Shown here piece after piece: positions 12,869-26,220 of a DNA stretch of 64,000 bases. Made by a program: the position numbers and the translations under genes. The notes beneath the pieces are model-generated. The model saw only the letters and a list, made by a program, of their open reading frames with translations. It made no database searches and was not told the DNA's origin. Every line of letters begins with the position of its first letter. Position 1 is the stretch's first letter. The stretch is from Takakia lepidozioides (lineage: Eukaryota > Plantae > Bryophyta), in contig CM060733.1 in NCBI GenBank assembly GCA_030704615.1, positions 72,044,001 through 72,108,000 of the forward strand, given 5' to 3'.

Positions 12869-15800
12869 TCAACGATTTCTGGAATCCCGGCGGAGGAGTT
12901 TGTGCAGCTCGTTCACGCTCAACGCTGGTGCATGAATAAAGTCATCAATAGTCAAGTTCATCCTCAACCTCTTCAGGTAAATGTAATACAGATGCTTGCA
13001 CGGATAATACTTTGACCCCTTCTTTGCTTCCATCAACGAGAAGTCCGTACAATTGCAAGTCGGCTCCACTCCAATCGTAATTGTGTATACGTCATCACGT
13101 ACAACTGAGCCGGTCGTTGCCATCCGATAAACACGCCCAAGGCCGGGTGGGGGTACGTCCACGCAGCTCTGAATAGTGCAAGCCATCCCAAGAGCATTGG
13201 CAATCCGAGTCTCATTCAACTTGTTGGGAGGGTGTCGTCTCTTCACTCTTCCGAATCGCATTGTGGGATGTGCAGAATTGTCCAATCCGTCTCTACTGGA
13301 CCGAGCAATCTGCAATGGCTGGGTCTGAGGAACTGGAAACGAGTGGGCCGGGACGTCTGTGCGTTGCACCATTCGAAATCCTACTGCAGAAAGAACATCC
13401 GCCTCATTCTGAGAGAGGTTGTAACCCGGTACAACAGGCCAGACGCCTGGAGGCTCCGGCATTCCCTGAATCCCGTACTTGGGCTTGCCAAATACACAGG
13501 TCATTATGTTGTGCCTACAGAACCAAAACGTCTGCGTTGTGGCGTGAGAGAATGTGGGAGTCAAAAATCTGCCGCTGAAACAAGGTGCAGGTACAGCACC
13601 ATGTGGGTTCCTCCGAATCATCTCACCACAACGTGCTCTCGTATCCACCCGGATGGCGCAGCACTCCCCTCGAAATGCCGGCAATGTCCTTGCAATTCTC
13701 CACTGTGACTCCAACACTCTTGTCTCCACAATGGGTATGTTGTACTGCGTTACTATAGATGGCTCGTTATGTTCCTCGGGCACGTGCCCTGTGCTCAAAG
13801 GAGACGACGATCTTGAACGTGTAGGACTTGCGGTGCTCGACGAGACCTCCTTCAGGCAACATCACGGGACCACGAGGGAGCATGCGAATATTCTTGTCAG
13901 CTCGCCATGAATCCTCTTCTCCGCCAGGTGCCTCGTCAAGTCTTGGTCTCACTGGACGGGTGTGAACATCTCCTTCCAAGTGTTGGCCTCTTCAAAGCAA
14001 TGGCGTGTCCCAAAGGCCCTCTCCCAAGGCTGCCGGCCACTTGCGAGGATTCTTCGATCTGGAGGCAGTCCGCATCAGCATTTCCTGCCTGTCCGGCCCC
14101 AAGCCCCACTGTTTCCCTTTCAAGAACTCGTTGTACCTGCATTGCTGCATAATTGACCTGACAATGTCCTCCGTTGTGGCAGTGAGGATGTCCACCAGAT
14201 GCGCCGCAGAGGAGGCACGCCAGGAAGAATGTACTGATTCGGCCATGTTTGTTGTCGGCATGTCGGTGTCGGAGTCCAGACACATTTCCTGCACATGCAC
14301 ATGTTGAGGTTACAAGCAAGTTACAAATAACGAGTAGCATAATATTCAATGGGACGCGAATTCGTCCAACTCACCTCCCGCATATAGTCGCCGAACTGGA
14401 GGAAACGATAATGCCACCATGCTAGCCAACTGACCATTGCTCCCTCGTCCGATTTCTTTACAGCACCTGACGTTGTCCACCAAGCCCGTATACATGCAAA
14501 TTGTGTCTCTGCATCATCCAAGGTGGGAGCACGCTTCCACGCAAGACACATGGAACGGTGCTCCTCTTTGAAATCTGGCGCCACGAGCCGGGTTGTGTAC
14601 TGCGACAAGCTCTGCAGAAAATGGAACCCACAAGATCTCTCCTTGCCTTCCATCAGAACATTGGGGTATTCCCCGTACACCCTTCGGATGGCAACCCAAT
14701 TTGCTTGTGCGTTGTCCGCCATGAAACCACAGAAATTGGGAGGGGGCAATCCCGCCCTGGCCATCTGTTCGTCTATTCCCTGCCAAAGAAGCATCTCCAA
14801 TTGTGTGTCCTCTCCTTTCATCTCACAAATAGCAATTGTCATTAGCATCCTGCAGTGGGTGTCGTAGACATGTGCAGCCATTGTCACCCACTAGTGATTT
14901 GTAATTCACTTGATATGGTCGAACATGACCCAACTGTTTGACAAGTCCCCACTCGTCATCCGGTCGACCAGTTCGACGCCGCTGCCAGGCCCACACGTGG
15001 ACATTTTGAATACGAAACAACGATCTGCCTCAGTCCCTTGTCCAAGAAACCTACTTCCATGAATGTAGTCATATCCACATCGTCGCTTCACCTCCAGAAT
15101 GGAGTGCATATCCGAGCCACGGCCCAATTTTCTGTTTGCAGGAGACAATGTGGTTTCAGACATTCGGTGAACAGACGTGGGACACCGACTCCAACAATGC
15201 CTCCATTTCCTTCTCATTGAGAGGAACTCTGCCAGAGCCGTCTTCCGACATAATTCTGGCCAATGCCATCTTATGGGCGGCCTGCAGCTGTATCTGTTTG
15301 GGTTTGGCACCAGGTCTCAACCTAACCTCCTCCTGAACGAGCTGCTCTGCCTCGTGGGCAGCCTCCCGCGAGTTTCCCCTCGCCAATTTGTGACAATGGG
15401 AACCAACGTGTATGCAAGCTCGTGTGAGGTCAGGGAAACGGTGCAACACATAGAACTGCTTGGCATTACAAACAGACATGCAATGTGGTGGTTCTTTGCA
15501 ATGCGCACACTGAAATGTGGAGTTTGGAACCTTCTCCTGAGCTCGAAATGTTTGATGAGCTGTGCCTGTCCAATCCGTCTTGTTCCTGTGACCTCTGGAT
15601 TTAAAGTGAAAGCAAGTTGGAGAGAAACACCGCAACGCGCCCGCACAAACAACGTAGCGCACCCGCACACCATTGAGCATCTTCATGCTGGTGGTTTTGG
15701 TGACGCACCAAGGATGACCGTCATATTTCCTATCCATATCTGTCAACATTCCGGACGCCCTCGAATAGTCCGTTCGAGGAGGGAACTCAAAGAACATATT

Positions 15801-16463
15801 ACCGTCGACGTCTGCGGGAAGGCATGTAACGGATTTAATGGCAAACTTGCTGTAGTCCAGCCCAACCAGCTCCGAGCGGTGTCCCTCCATGTGAAGCCCT
15901 TGCAGAATTTCAAGAATGGATCGAACTGCTGTGTTCGTGCTGGGAATATGACTCCCTCATCCGCTGATGTCCATCGAGGACTTGCCTGATCTCCAGGATG
16001 ATCTCAGAACTTCCATGACCTCGTCGGAGTCGGACAGGTTGTGAACAACCCGGTTCTCGCTCGTCTTCATTGATGGGTTTGGCTCTGGATTTACTTCGTT
16101 GCGGACTTCTCTCTTTGAGGTGCCTACTCTCTGATTCGCGGATTGTTTCGTGGAAGGCACCAGGATAGAAGGCGCATTTGGCGGGCAAATGAAATCCCCA
16201 ACAACCCTGTATATGACGTTGTCCGATGGTGGAACTCGCCATTCCCTGCCGTCGCCGAAATCATTGTGGAGCACAACAATACTTTCGACTACAATTTTGT
16301 TTGAATCCTTCCTTTCCTCCTCCAAAAATACCGACCCCGGTTTCAGGTGGTATTGAACGCAGAGATATTTCTCCATCACCCGACAGATCTCCCCTCTGCA
16401 CGGAAATGTAGCTCTATGTTCGTGAGGAGGGCAGTACACTATAGTGCTCGGGTTTTCTGCCAT
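12869..16463 (-). pseudogene. MULE/Mutator-type DDE transposase with Cys/His-rich N-terminal domain and C-terminal SWIM finger
   Basis: Colinear ORFs 15957-16505, 15156-15890 (CxxC...CIHVGSHCH), 14906-15310 (WVMFDHIK), 14321-14887 (FMADNAQANWVAIRRVYG...CGFHFLQ), GT-AG intron 14374-14289, 13992-14300 (TTNMAESVH) and 12869-13798 (CNCTDF...CKHLYY). Several in-frame TGA stops and frameshifts. Confidence 0.88.
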
Positions 16464-16879
16464 GGGAGTTGTGCACACAAGACTGCCAGGACGGCGTTCA
16501 GACAAGCGCCCTGGGAGAAGGGGGGATGCAGCGAGGGGAAGGAATGCAGGGTCGATTTTTGCAAGCGACGAAGCCTATTCACGAATCCGGGGAGCCCGCT
16601 CTCCCGAAAATCCACTGTCAGAGAGTTAATGAACCTTGTCTGCGGAATGCGGCCCCTGGCCTTTGCGCAATAATTGCCAATGGTATGCAGTCAGAAGGTA
16701 TATGACCTGTGCAGATGCGGTGGGCAAACCAATCATTACGGCGTCTGACAAGAAGCGTGGGGGGGTGAGCGTGCAAGCACCTTCGCCATGGACAGAGGGA
16801 ACTCACACAGGTGGCATTCCAGTGGGTCTGATTACAAGATTGAGTGCCAGAACCTCGCTGCCAATCATCAACATACAAC

Positions 16880-18485
16880 AGTGGCGCCGAATTTGCAGCC
16901 GAGGCCGGTCGGACGAAGTCGTCTCGGGGGTGAGTCAGTCACCGGGCCGACAGAGAACATCCCCCGGATGGAAAAACGGCGCCGAATTTCCATCCGAGGC
17001 CCCTTGGATGAAGTCGTCTCAGGGGAAGAGGCCGACACCTGGCCGACAGAGAACATCCCCCAGATGGAAAAACGGCGCCGAATTTCCATCCGAGGCCCGT
17101 TGGATGAAGTCGTCTCGGGGGGAGAGGCCGACACCTGGCCCACAGAGAATATCCTCCGGATGGAAAAACGGCACCGAATTTCCATCCGAGGCCCGTTGGA
17201 TGAAGTCGTCTCGAGGGGAGAGGCCGACACATGGCCGACAGAGAACAACCCCCGGATGGAAAAACGGCGCCGAATTTCCATCCGAGGCCCATTGGATGAA
17301 GTCGTCTCGGGGGGAGAGGCCGACACCTGCCCAACTGAGATCATCCCCCGGATGGAAATTCGGCGTCGTTATTCCTTCCGAGCCGGCCGGATGAAGTCAT
17401 CTCGGGGGGAGAGGCCAACACTTGGCCGATAGAGAACATCCCCCGGATGGAAAAACGGCGCCGAATTTCCATCCGAGGCCCGTTGGATGAATTCGACTCG
17501 GGGGGAGAGGCCAACACATGGCCGACAGAGAACAACCCCCGGATGGAAAAACGGCGCCGAATTTCCATCCGAGGCCCGTTGGATGAAGTCGTCTCGGGGG
17601 GAGAGGCCGACACCTGCCCAACTGAGATCATCCCCCGGATGGAAATTCGGCGCCGTTATTCCTTCCGAGCCGGCCGGATGAAGTCGTCTCGGGGGGAGAG
17701 GCCGACACCTGGCCGACAGAGAACATCCCCCGGATGGAAAAACGACACCAAATTTCCATCCGAGGCCCGTTGGATGAAGTCGTCTCGGGGGGAGAGGCCG
17801 ACACCTGGCTAACAGAGAACATCCCCCGAATGGAAATTCGGCGCCGAATTTCCATCCGAGGCCCCTTGGATGAAGTCGTCTCGGGGGGATAGGCCGACAC
17901 CTGGCCGACTGAGATCATCCCCCGGATGGAAATTCGGCGCCGTTTTTCCATCCGAGCTGGCCGGATGAAGTCGTCTCGGGGGGAGAGTCCGACACCTGGC
18001 CGACAGAGAACATCCCCCGGATGGAAAAACGGCGCCGAATTTCCATCGGAGGCCCGTTGGATGAAGTCGTCTCGGGGGGAGAGGCCGACACCTGGCTGAC
18101 AGAGAACATCCCCCGGATGGAAATTCGGCGCCGAATTTCCATCCGAGGCCCCTTGGATGAAGTCGCCTTGGGGGGATAGGCCGACACATGGCCATCTGAG
18201 ATCATCCCCCGGATGGAAATTCGGCGCCGTTTTTCCATCCGAGCCGGCCGGATGAAGTCGTCTCGGGGGGAGAGGCCGACACATGGCTGACAGAGAACAT
18301 CCCCCGGATGGAAAAACGGCGCCGAATTTCCATCGGAGGCCCGTTGGATGAAGTCGTCTCGGGGGGAGAGGCCGACACATGGCCGACAGAGAACATCCCA
18401 CGGATGGAAAAACGACGCCGAATTTCCATCCGAGGCCCGTTGGATGAAGTCGTCTCGGGGGAAGAGGACGACACGTGGCCGACAT
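16880..18485. repeat. Tandem array of ~96-bp units (~16 copies), each with palindrome GGATGGAAA(A/T)(A/T)CGGCGCCGAATTTCCATCC
   Basis: Unit starts recur at about 16994, 17090, 17186, 17282, 17378, 17473, 17569, 17665 and onward. The array lies between the divergent transposase and ParB-domain genes. Confidence 0.97.
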
Positions 18486-18679
18486 ACAGCCCGTATCGGC
18501 ACTTCTTCAACAATTTTTAGTCGTTGCATCAAGTTTTTCGCGTTTTTTTGTCTGGTTACACACTAAACATGGCGTTTTTTGCCTACGGGCCACATTTGGC
18601 ACGCTATTCCCACCATTCTGGTCTGCTAAAGACAAATTCGTTGCCGGTTTTCCATCGATGACGTGGACCAAATTACCTG

Positions 18680-19115
18680 CAGGATGGAAATTCGGCGCCG
18701 GCTTCTCTCCGTGTTACCTGTGGGATGGAAATTCGGCGCCGAATTTCCATCTGGCCGCGCTCCGAATTACCTCCAGGATGGAAATTCAGCACCTTTTTCC
18801 CTCCGGCCGCGCTCTGAATTACCTCTGGGATGGAAATTCGGCGCCGTTTTTCCATCCGGCCGCACTCCGAATTACCTGGCGGATGGAAATTCGGCGCCGG
18901 ATTTCCATCCGGCCGCGCTCCGAATTACCTCTGGGATGGAAATTCGGCGCAGGATTTCCATCCGGCCGCGCTCCGAATTACTTGCAGGATGGAAATGCGG
19001 CGCCGGATTTCCATCCGGCGTCTCCTGGATGAGAACGGCTCGGGCGGAGGGATGGCCTCGTTGCGTCATACTTCATCCACTGGATGGAAATTCGGCGCCG
19101 ATTTTTTCCATCCAG
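18680..19115. repeat. Tandem array of 53-bp units carrying the same 30-bp palindrome
   Basis: Core starts at 18693, 18734, 18787, 18839, 18892, 18945, 18998 and 19093. The spacer GGCCGCGCTCCGAATTACCTCTG is unrelated to that of the 96-bp array. Confidence 0.95.
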
Positions 19116-19134
19116 CGGGCAATTGACGAAGTCT

Positions 19135-19169
<35 letters not shown>

Positions 19170-19380
19170 CCTGTGACCGACCTCCATACCTACGACATTT
19201 AATGGCATAGTTGCGCATTAAATGTCCTCCGCCGTCGGTTTTGAACCGGGCTGGCGACACAGGGATTCCGCGCTTGCTTCCCGGATACGCCTTGGAAACC
19301 TGATGCTAAACTTGGATGAACTTCTATTCGAGGCATGTACGCACACATACTGCGAGATCTTTTTTCTTTTGCTGGGACTT

Positions 19381-19560
19381 ATGCCGCGTGGAGAAGGGCA
19401 TGGCTCTCCTGAGAGAAACCCCACATCCAGACCGCGGCGGAAGCTGAAGGCTTTGTACTACGGGCGACGTCCAACCTCTCGCATGGCCAAACTTAAGCTC
19501 CAGCAGGAAATTCCATTGTCTTGCTCACAGCCCGCGCCAACTGAAGCCGAGTATTCTCAG
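19381..19560 (+). CDS. Short basic ORF or first exon, unknown function
   Basis: MPRGEGHGSPERNPTSRPRRKLKALYYGRRP..., ending at a CAG|GT donor followed by a pyrimidine-rich tract. Homologous to 4567-4755. Confidence 0.55.
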
Positions 19561-20189
19561 GTTCCACCCCTTCCTCTTTCGGTTTTCTTCGTTTTTTTAG
19601 TTTGTTTCACATCTTCCGCCTGACAGCCCTGGAAGCGCATGGTTGCATCGCAAAAGCACGAGTTGTTGAGAAGAATGATCAAGGTCAGAGTGGTTAGAAA
19701 GGAGCCAGGTCGTTGCTGCATTCAGATTGCTTTCCAGAACAGGGTACACACCTCGCTGTAGATAATAGGTTGCATCTCGGAATTAAGGAAATCCATGCTG
19801 AGCTGAGAAGATTGTCTGAGCAGATGAAGTGCCTTCAAAACATTTCACCTTGTTTTCCCGTCTTATGGAATTCGTGTTCATTTGTTCATCGTGTTTCATG
19901 TTGATTTCTGCAAGTTACTGGTTGAGTGAACCTTAGATAGTTTGCAATGCGTGTGCAAAGCCGGCAGCTCTGGAGAAGGCTGCTTATGCATGTCATTCTT
20001 AGGCATTGGTTGGATTTGTTTTTCATTGTTGTTCCATGCCACTCCATACTTGGTTTTGTTTTGTTTTCATTGTTGTTCCACGATTGTTGCGATGGTGGTT
20101 GCGCTGCTCGTTGCGATGGTGGTTTTCATTCCGATGTTGGTTCTCACGATTTTTGGGGATGACAGAGTGACGACGAGCCCGACACGCTG

Positions 20190-22332
20190 GTGGTATCATC
20201 GACAGCTCCAACTGCTCGAGTAGTGACTCCAAAAGCCGTTACTCATTGCATGTTTGGATCGCCCAACTTGGGGCGAGAGGGCAAACTAAAACCTTTCGTT
20301 GGTGGACGGGAGGACCTGCAGCGAGAGTACGACAGAATAGGCATTGGGGAGGTTGGTGCAGGCGGCATGGCAGGTGAAGGGCGTCGGATGAGGACAGCAG
20401 ATCTGACAATGGAGGATGTTGATGCACATGCAGTAGGGCCCGCCCATGCAAAGAAGAAGAAGAAAGCCAAGCACATGCAATCCTCGGCGAGAGAGCCGTC
20501 ACGGGCTGCGGAGGGGGGAGTGAGCAGGGCGCGCGAGGGTGTCAGTTCGCCTCAATCAAAGGTGGTCGTCTTGGAGGCCTCCCTTGCTGCTACCCCTAGT
20601 AAGAAACAGAAGGCCCGTGAGAGGGCAAAAGAGAGGGCAAAAGAACAGGCGAGACAGAAGGCTAGCCAGGAGGCAAGAGAAAAGGCCACTGAAGAGGCCA
20701 GGGGTGTCGAAATGACAGATGCCCATGTAAGCGAGGGATGCACAGAGACGGTGGATCCCTCAAAGACACCACAAAGAGGCAGTAACACACCGGTTACACC
20801 ATCGCGGGCAGGAGCAGCCCCCGCAATTACCCATATGGTGGAGACTGGAGGAGGTGAAAGAACACCACAAAGAGCACGCATTGTGCAAGTTCGAGGTGAA
20901 GCCGGGGAGAGGGCAATAGAGACAGAGAGAGTGCTCCAGGTGCTTCCGCCAAAGGACGACCATGTTGAGGACGACGAGAGGGAGCTTTCTGACCAGGATG
21001 ACATCCTCCCGGACATCCCCAGGCCCCAAACCCGCATCATACAGGCTGGATTTGGCGGTCCGGGTGGGCTGCCGGAGAACCCCCCTGCAACAGACGTCAT
21101 GTCGGGGGCGGATATGAAGTTGGCCACTGCCAAGATCTTGGAGGCAACCCACAGCAACATTGGTAGGGTCCTGGGGAGCATGGTGTACCCGGCCAAGCTT
21201 CGGATTCCCCTTTGCCGCTTGGTTTCATTGCAGGTGGTGAGACCTGCCCTCCCAAGCGATGTCGACAAGCTGAAATTCTCTTTCCGGGAGGGATATCGAA
21301 TGGGGTCTGCCGCGTTTTACGTTTCCATGGAGAACGACCACGGAGCTTGTCGTGCCCACACTTCCGATGAGGTGGACAAATGGGGTCCCCATTGGCAAAG
21401 GCAAAATGAGGAGTTCGAGAGATTGATTGCTATTGATCCTCTTTTCCAGCACTTGTCCGGAAAGATGTTTTACATGTGGGACGGCAATCATCGCCTCCTG
21501 GCATGGATGGAGTACATAGCCCAAGCCCACCCCAACGACCTGGATTGGCATTTCGCCGTGGAGTGTGTTGTGCTCAAGGTTGCGGGGCCCAAAGATCGCA
21601 GTCTTCTCAAAGCGGCAATGGCAGACATCAACTCGTAAGTTACAATGCTTCTTGCTTTGGAACTTTGAATTTGAAACAGTCATTTCATTGCCAGTCGTCA
21701 TATTCGTTGCAAATTATCATTTCTGTATTGTTTAATGGAAATGTGGCATTGCAGGGTGACTGAGAATGCCTTCATTGCCACCAACTTGTCCCATATGCTC
21801 TTCCGAGTGAAGGATGTCGGGAAGCAGGGGGTGCAAGAGTTTGCCAATTCGCTCAGTGCCGACCTCATGCGCAAGTCGGAGGCAAAGGCAGATAGAACCT
21901 GGTATAGGCTGAGCATGGACGCTATGGTGGACTACATATTTCGGGTAAAGCTCCTCACTGTTTTGTTGAGCTAATCTGTCTCTCCTCCCCCAATAGAAGA
22001 AAAAATGTTGAGCAGGATCTCTAATCTTATGTGCGCATTCTTGACAGACGAAAATTCAGCAGGATTTGGCACATGCGCGGAGGTTCTACATGGGGTCAGA
22101 GGAGAAGCAACTAACCCTCCTGGCACTGGAATCATATCTCAAAGCTGCGGAGGTGAAAGCCCGCATCAAGTACAAGTCGCGAATGATAAAGTACGTGGCC
22201 ATAGCTGATCCCGCCCTTGGTGCCGATTTTCTGGTGGAGGTGGGGAAGCACTACTCCCGCGCTCTGAAGCCCATGATGACATTGGAGAAGCTGCATCGTC
22301 TAGCCACATCCTGTGTAGATGCAACAGAAAAG
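20190..22332 (+). CDS. N-terminal half of a ParB/Srx-like domain-DNA methyltransferase gene (3 exons, then disrupted)
   Basis: Disordered N-terminus, then KLRIPLCRLVSLQVVRP...FYMWDGNHRLLAWME. GT-AG introns 21635-21754 (phase 2) and 21945-22047 (phase 0) keep the frame. Exon 3 MTLEKLHRLATS matches MTLEKLQMLATS at ~33.0 kb. True start codon uncertain. Confidence 0.8.
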
Positions 22333-22707
22333 GTTATACATTCTTAACCAAATTGTAGTGGCAGCAATTCATTTTTGGGTGTTTGACACTTACTAATATG
22401 CTGGGTGGTTGGACAGACCCGGTGGCTCCAAATCTGGAATGGTTCCCAAAGTACAAGGGACATGTGGAGCTTCCCCAAACCCGACAAACTGTCCGACCCC
22501 ACATTCGACATGTGGATGAACCGCATGACATGGTGGTTTTAGGTACTTTCCCACGCTTCATTTGGGGTGTCTACTCTTGTATCGGATGGATTTATTGTAT
22601 TTTTTGAGGAAAGCGGTCTAATGGAGAATCTCCACAGGTGACGACGAATGCGCAAGAGCAGCACACAAGCACATCAGTTCAAGCTAGAGATTTCTGGTGA
22701 AGCAGAG

Positions 22708-25670
22708 TGTCGCGGCCCTTTGCCTTGAGGGCAGGGGGTCGGGACACATGAGGGGCTGCCCCTGTGGTGGGGGCAGCGGCAGCGATAGGTATGGGGTGGT
22801 GGTAGCTTAGCGGGACTTAGTGGGGGTGGCATAGGACTCACCATGGGGGCGGAGACCTCGTGGTGGGAGTCGTGGGGAGTCTTGGGACTCATCACGGTCC
22901 ATGGGGGCCGTGGTGAGTGGGCCAAGACTCACCGCGACTCATCACCGGGAGTCGAGGGTTTTCATGGTGGTTCGCCATAAAATGGCATGGCTGGTTGTGA
23001 AACCCCCGCAGACAGCTACAGAAGTATATATAGGGAGTAGTAACCCCGAGAACGGTGCAAGCCCGTTGGTGACCAAAAACTAGTGAGTAAGCGAGCGAGC
23101 CGGAAAGCGACCAAAGAGTGGGGGAGCTGTTCCGGACTGCCAACTACCAAGGGAATTCCCGCTGGTTCCAAATCGGTGGAGGGTTCTTTGGGAGAACAAA
23201 TGGGGACCGTTATGCCCCGGTGAGCAGCCGAAGCTCCAAGTTGGCCCGGCGGCCAGGTTGGGAGTCAGGCGCGCGCATCAAAGCGAGTAACTATGACTTG
23301 AGGGGAGCTTACCGAAGTGAGGTGCGCGACACTTGGTATCAGAGCTTAGAGTTCAGTACGCGATCGTCCTTGGAATTGGCCTCATCATGGGGTCGGGCAA
23401 GCCAAAGCGAAAGCAGAACGGCCCAAAAGATGATGATCCTGGTGAGCCCGATGGGGGCGACGTGTCACCAAGGCGGCCATTTGAGGAAGCGATGCATGTT
23501 TCCGAAAACGAGGCCGCTCAAGAGCGGGAGGAATCCGAGGAGTCGGAGCCCGAGGAATCCTTGAGAGCTCCGACAAACCAAGAGATGCCTCCCATGCCGG
23601 CAGCCTTTTGGGAAGGGTTGTTGGCGCAGTTTGGCGGGACGTTGAAAGACGTGTTGAAGGCGGTTAATGCCACTTCCACTAAGGCAAAGTTTAAGGTGAA
23701 GCCTAAGGAACCCGGCACCTTCGAGGGCGTCCGAAATCGGAAGGCACTCAACACCTGGCTCCTGGAGCTAGAGCAGTACTTCCGGGCGGCCAAGTTGAGT
23801 GACGAGGATCGGGTGGAAGTGGCTCCCACCTATTTGAGGGGCTATGCTCAACAATGGTGGCAGAAACGCCTTCACGACCAAGGTCCAAGTCCGGAAACCT
23901 TGAACTGGAGTGGGTTCAAGGAATTAATGAAGAGATAGTTTGTGCCCCTCAATGCGTCCTGGCTTGCCCGGGACAAGATGAGGAATTTGAAGCAAACAGA
24001 CGACATTCGGGGATATGTTCAGGCCTTCAATGTGCTTTTGCTCGAAGTCGCAGACATGGCAGAACCGGAAATGGTCTTCAACTTTGTGGCGGGACTGGCC
24101 CCATGGGCCAGGCGGAAGTTGGAGGAGAAGCCACCTAAGACTCTGAACGAGGCAATTGAGAGGGCTGAATGTTTCTCAGATGTTCCTAGGGGTGAAAGAC
24201 AAGGCCGTACGGAGCTGAACCACAAGAAGACCCGACGGGAAGGTGACTCCTTCCGACCGGAAAAGAAGTGGGATAGGCCACGCGGCAACAATGGCACGTG
24301 GAAATCGAAGGGAGGGCCTTCACACGTCAAGGCGGCACCCGGTGCTTCGAAAGGAAAAGCGGGTGGAGCGATTTATGGCGGACAGAAGGCGACCTTTGAT
24401 GGAGTGTGTTTCAATTGCGGAGAGCCCGGGCACATGGCCAAGAAGTGCATGAAGCCCCAACAATTGAACATGACTCGGGCAACCACGGAGCTGTCGGAAG
24501 ATACCATCAGTCGCCTGGTGGAAGCGGTGGTCGCCAGGACTTGCAAGGTAGGCAAATATTCTTGTGAGTTGTATCAGGAAACTGGCGCATTGCGTAAAGG
24601 GAGTCACTTATTGTTCGTGGATGGGATAATATCCGGAACTAACGTGTCATTGTTGGTGGACACAGGAGCGTCGCACTCCTTTATAACACCGGCAACGGCA
24701 CAAAAGCTGGGACTTCCGACAACTAACGTAGGGGCCTCTATTGAGGTGCGTTCTGCCAAAGGAGAACCGCAATTGGCGACGAGGTTGGCGTTCGATGTTC
24801 CTCTTCAATTGGGGAGTTGGGAGGGACGTGAGAACTTCACCGTCTGCGAGATCGATGGAGTGGATCTCATTTTGGGGATGACCTTTTTTGAGCAGATCCG
24901 GGCGCACGAGCGAATTTCAACTAGGAAGAGGATTGTGGGTGGCAGTCTGCATGATTTTATCTAAATATCACTGGCCGCAAGAGGGTAGTCACGCTGCCAT
25001 GTTGGAATGGTGGCGAGGTCTTACGAGTTTCGGTAACGCCCAAACTCGTGGGAGGGCGAATAAACCTTCTGTCAGCAAGGGAGTGGGCCGTGGAGGAGGC
25101 ACACGAGCCCCAGTTTTTGCTTTACATTAGAGAAGTAAAGGGAGAAGGCGATGGGGAGCCGAGCCCAGATTGGATCAAGGGGATTTTGGAGAAATACCAG
25201 GATGTGATGCCGGAGGATTTACCAAGCGGCTTGCCACCGCAAAGAGGAGTTGACCACAAGATTGAGGTGATACCGGGATCGGAACCGCCTGCCAAGGCAC
25301 CCTACCGGTTGAGCCACAGGGAGTTGGTCGAGCTGAAGACTCAGCTCAAGGATCTAATGTCAAAGGGGTACATCCGGCCGAGTAAGTCACCTTATGGAGC
25401 CCCGGTGCTATTCGTAGACAAGAAGGATGGGACGCTGCGGATGTGTGTCGATTACAGGGCTCTGAATAAGGTGACTATCAAAAACCGGTACCCTTTGCCA
25501 AGGATCAACGACCTCTTCGATCGGTTGGCAGGAGCGAAGTATTTCAGCCGGATTGACTTGCGCTCCGGCTATCATCAAATTCGGGTGGCGGAAGGAGATG
25601 AGGAGAAGACCGCGTGCAGGACAAGGTATGGTTCATATGAGTTCTTGGTGATGCCTTTTGGGCTCACCAA
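22708..25670 (+). mobile_element. 3'-truncated Ty3/Gypsy LTR retrotransposon (5' LTR, PBS, gag, protease, partial RT)
   Basis: LTR 22708-23331 (TGTCGCG...CGCGACA). PBS TGGTATCAGAGC at 23334-23345 (tRNA-iMet). Gag with CFNCGEPGHMAKKC, protease [23 protein letters not shown]...[11 protein letters not shown]. One in-frame stop at 23936 and frameshifts. Confidence 0.95.
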
Positions 25671-26220
25671 TCACCTGCGATTGGTCAAGCATCGGAACTA
25701 GCACCAGAGGTGGAGAGCATGAAGAGGTTAACTATTCCAAATGAAGCTGTGGCTGTCTCTTCTGGTACCACTGGATCAAAAAGTGGTCCCGAAGACAAGG
25801 GAGCATCTGCAAGCAGGGCTCAGGCGCGGAAAGAGGCGTGGAGACTGAAAACAGGGTCTGGTAGGGGCCTAACTGTGGATAAAGGTCTGCTATGCATCAA
25901 AGGCTTTGCTTCTGGGAGCTTTGACCGGGTCCTTCTGGATGCACCTTGCTCAGCCTTAGGTCTACGGCCACGTTTATTTGCAGGACAGGTGATGGCTCCA
26001 CCTTCTGTCATATGTTGTAAAGCCTTAGCAACTACCACCTTGAGTTCCGTCAGATGCTGATTATGTCAGCCTCCATGTCACAACTTAATTGATATGAAGT
26101 TCTCATGCCTGATCTCACACATTCAATTTGATTGGCCCGTTGTAGGAGACATTGGAGGGTATGAGAAAGCATGCGAACTATCAGCGGAGGTTGTTGGACC
26201 AGGCTGTGCAACTGGTTCGA
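25671..26220 (+). pseudogene. Fragment of a NOL1/NOP2/Sun (NSUN6-like) RNA m5C methyltransferase gene, intron retained
   Basis: FDRVLLDAPCSALGLRPRLFAGQ, GT-AG intron 25989-26145, then ETLEGMRKHANYQRRLLDQAVQLVR. Confidence 0.85.

Noticed and set aside
19135-19168. Poly-G tract (also ~28195-28217) as a functional G-quadruplex
   Set aside because: Simple homopolymers of unreliable length, with no supporting conservation visible.
16636-19202. Many 100-285 aa ORFs on both strands
   Set aside because: They are translations of the 96-bp and 53-bp tandem arrays, open in several frames, with no coding evidence.
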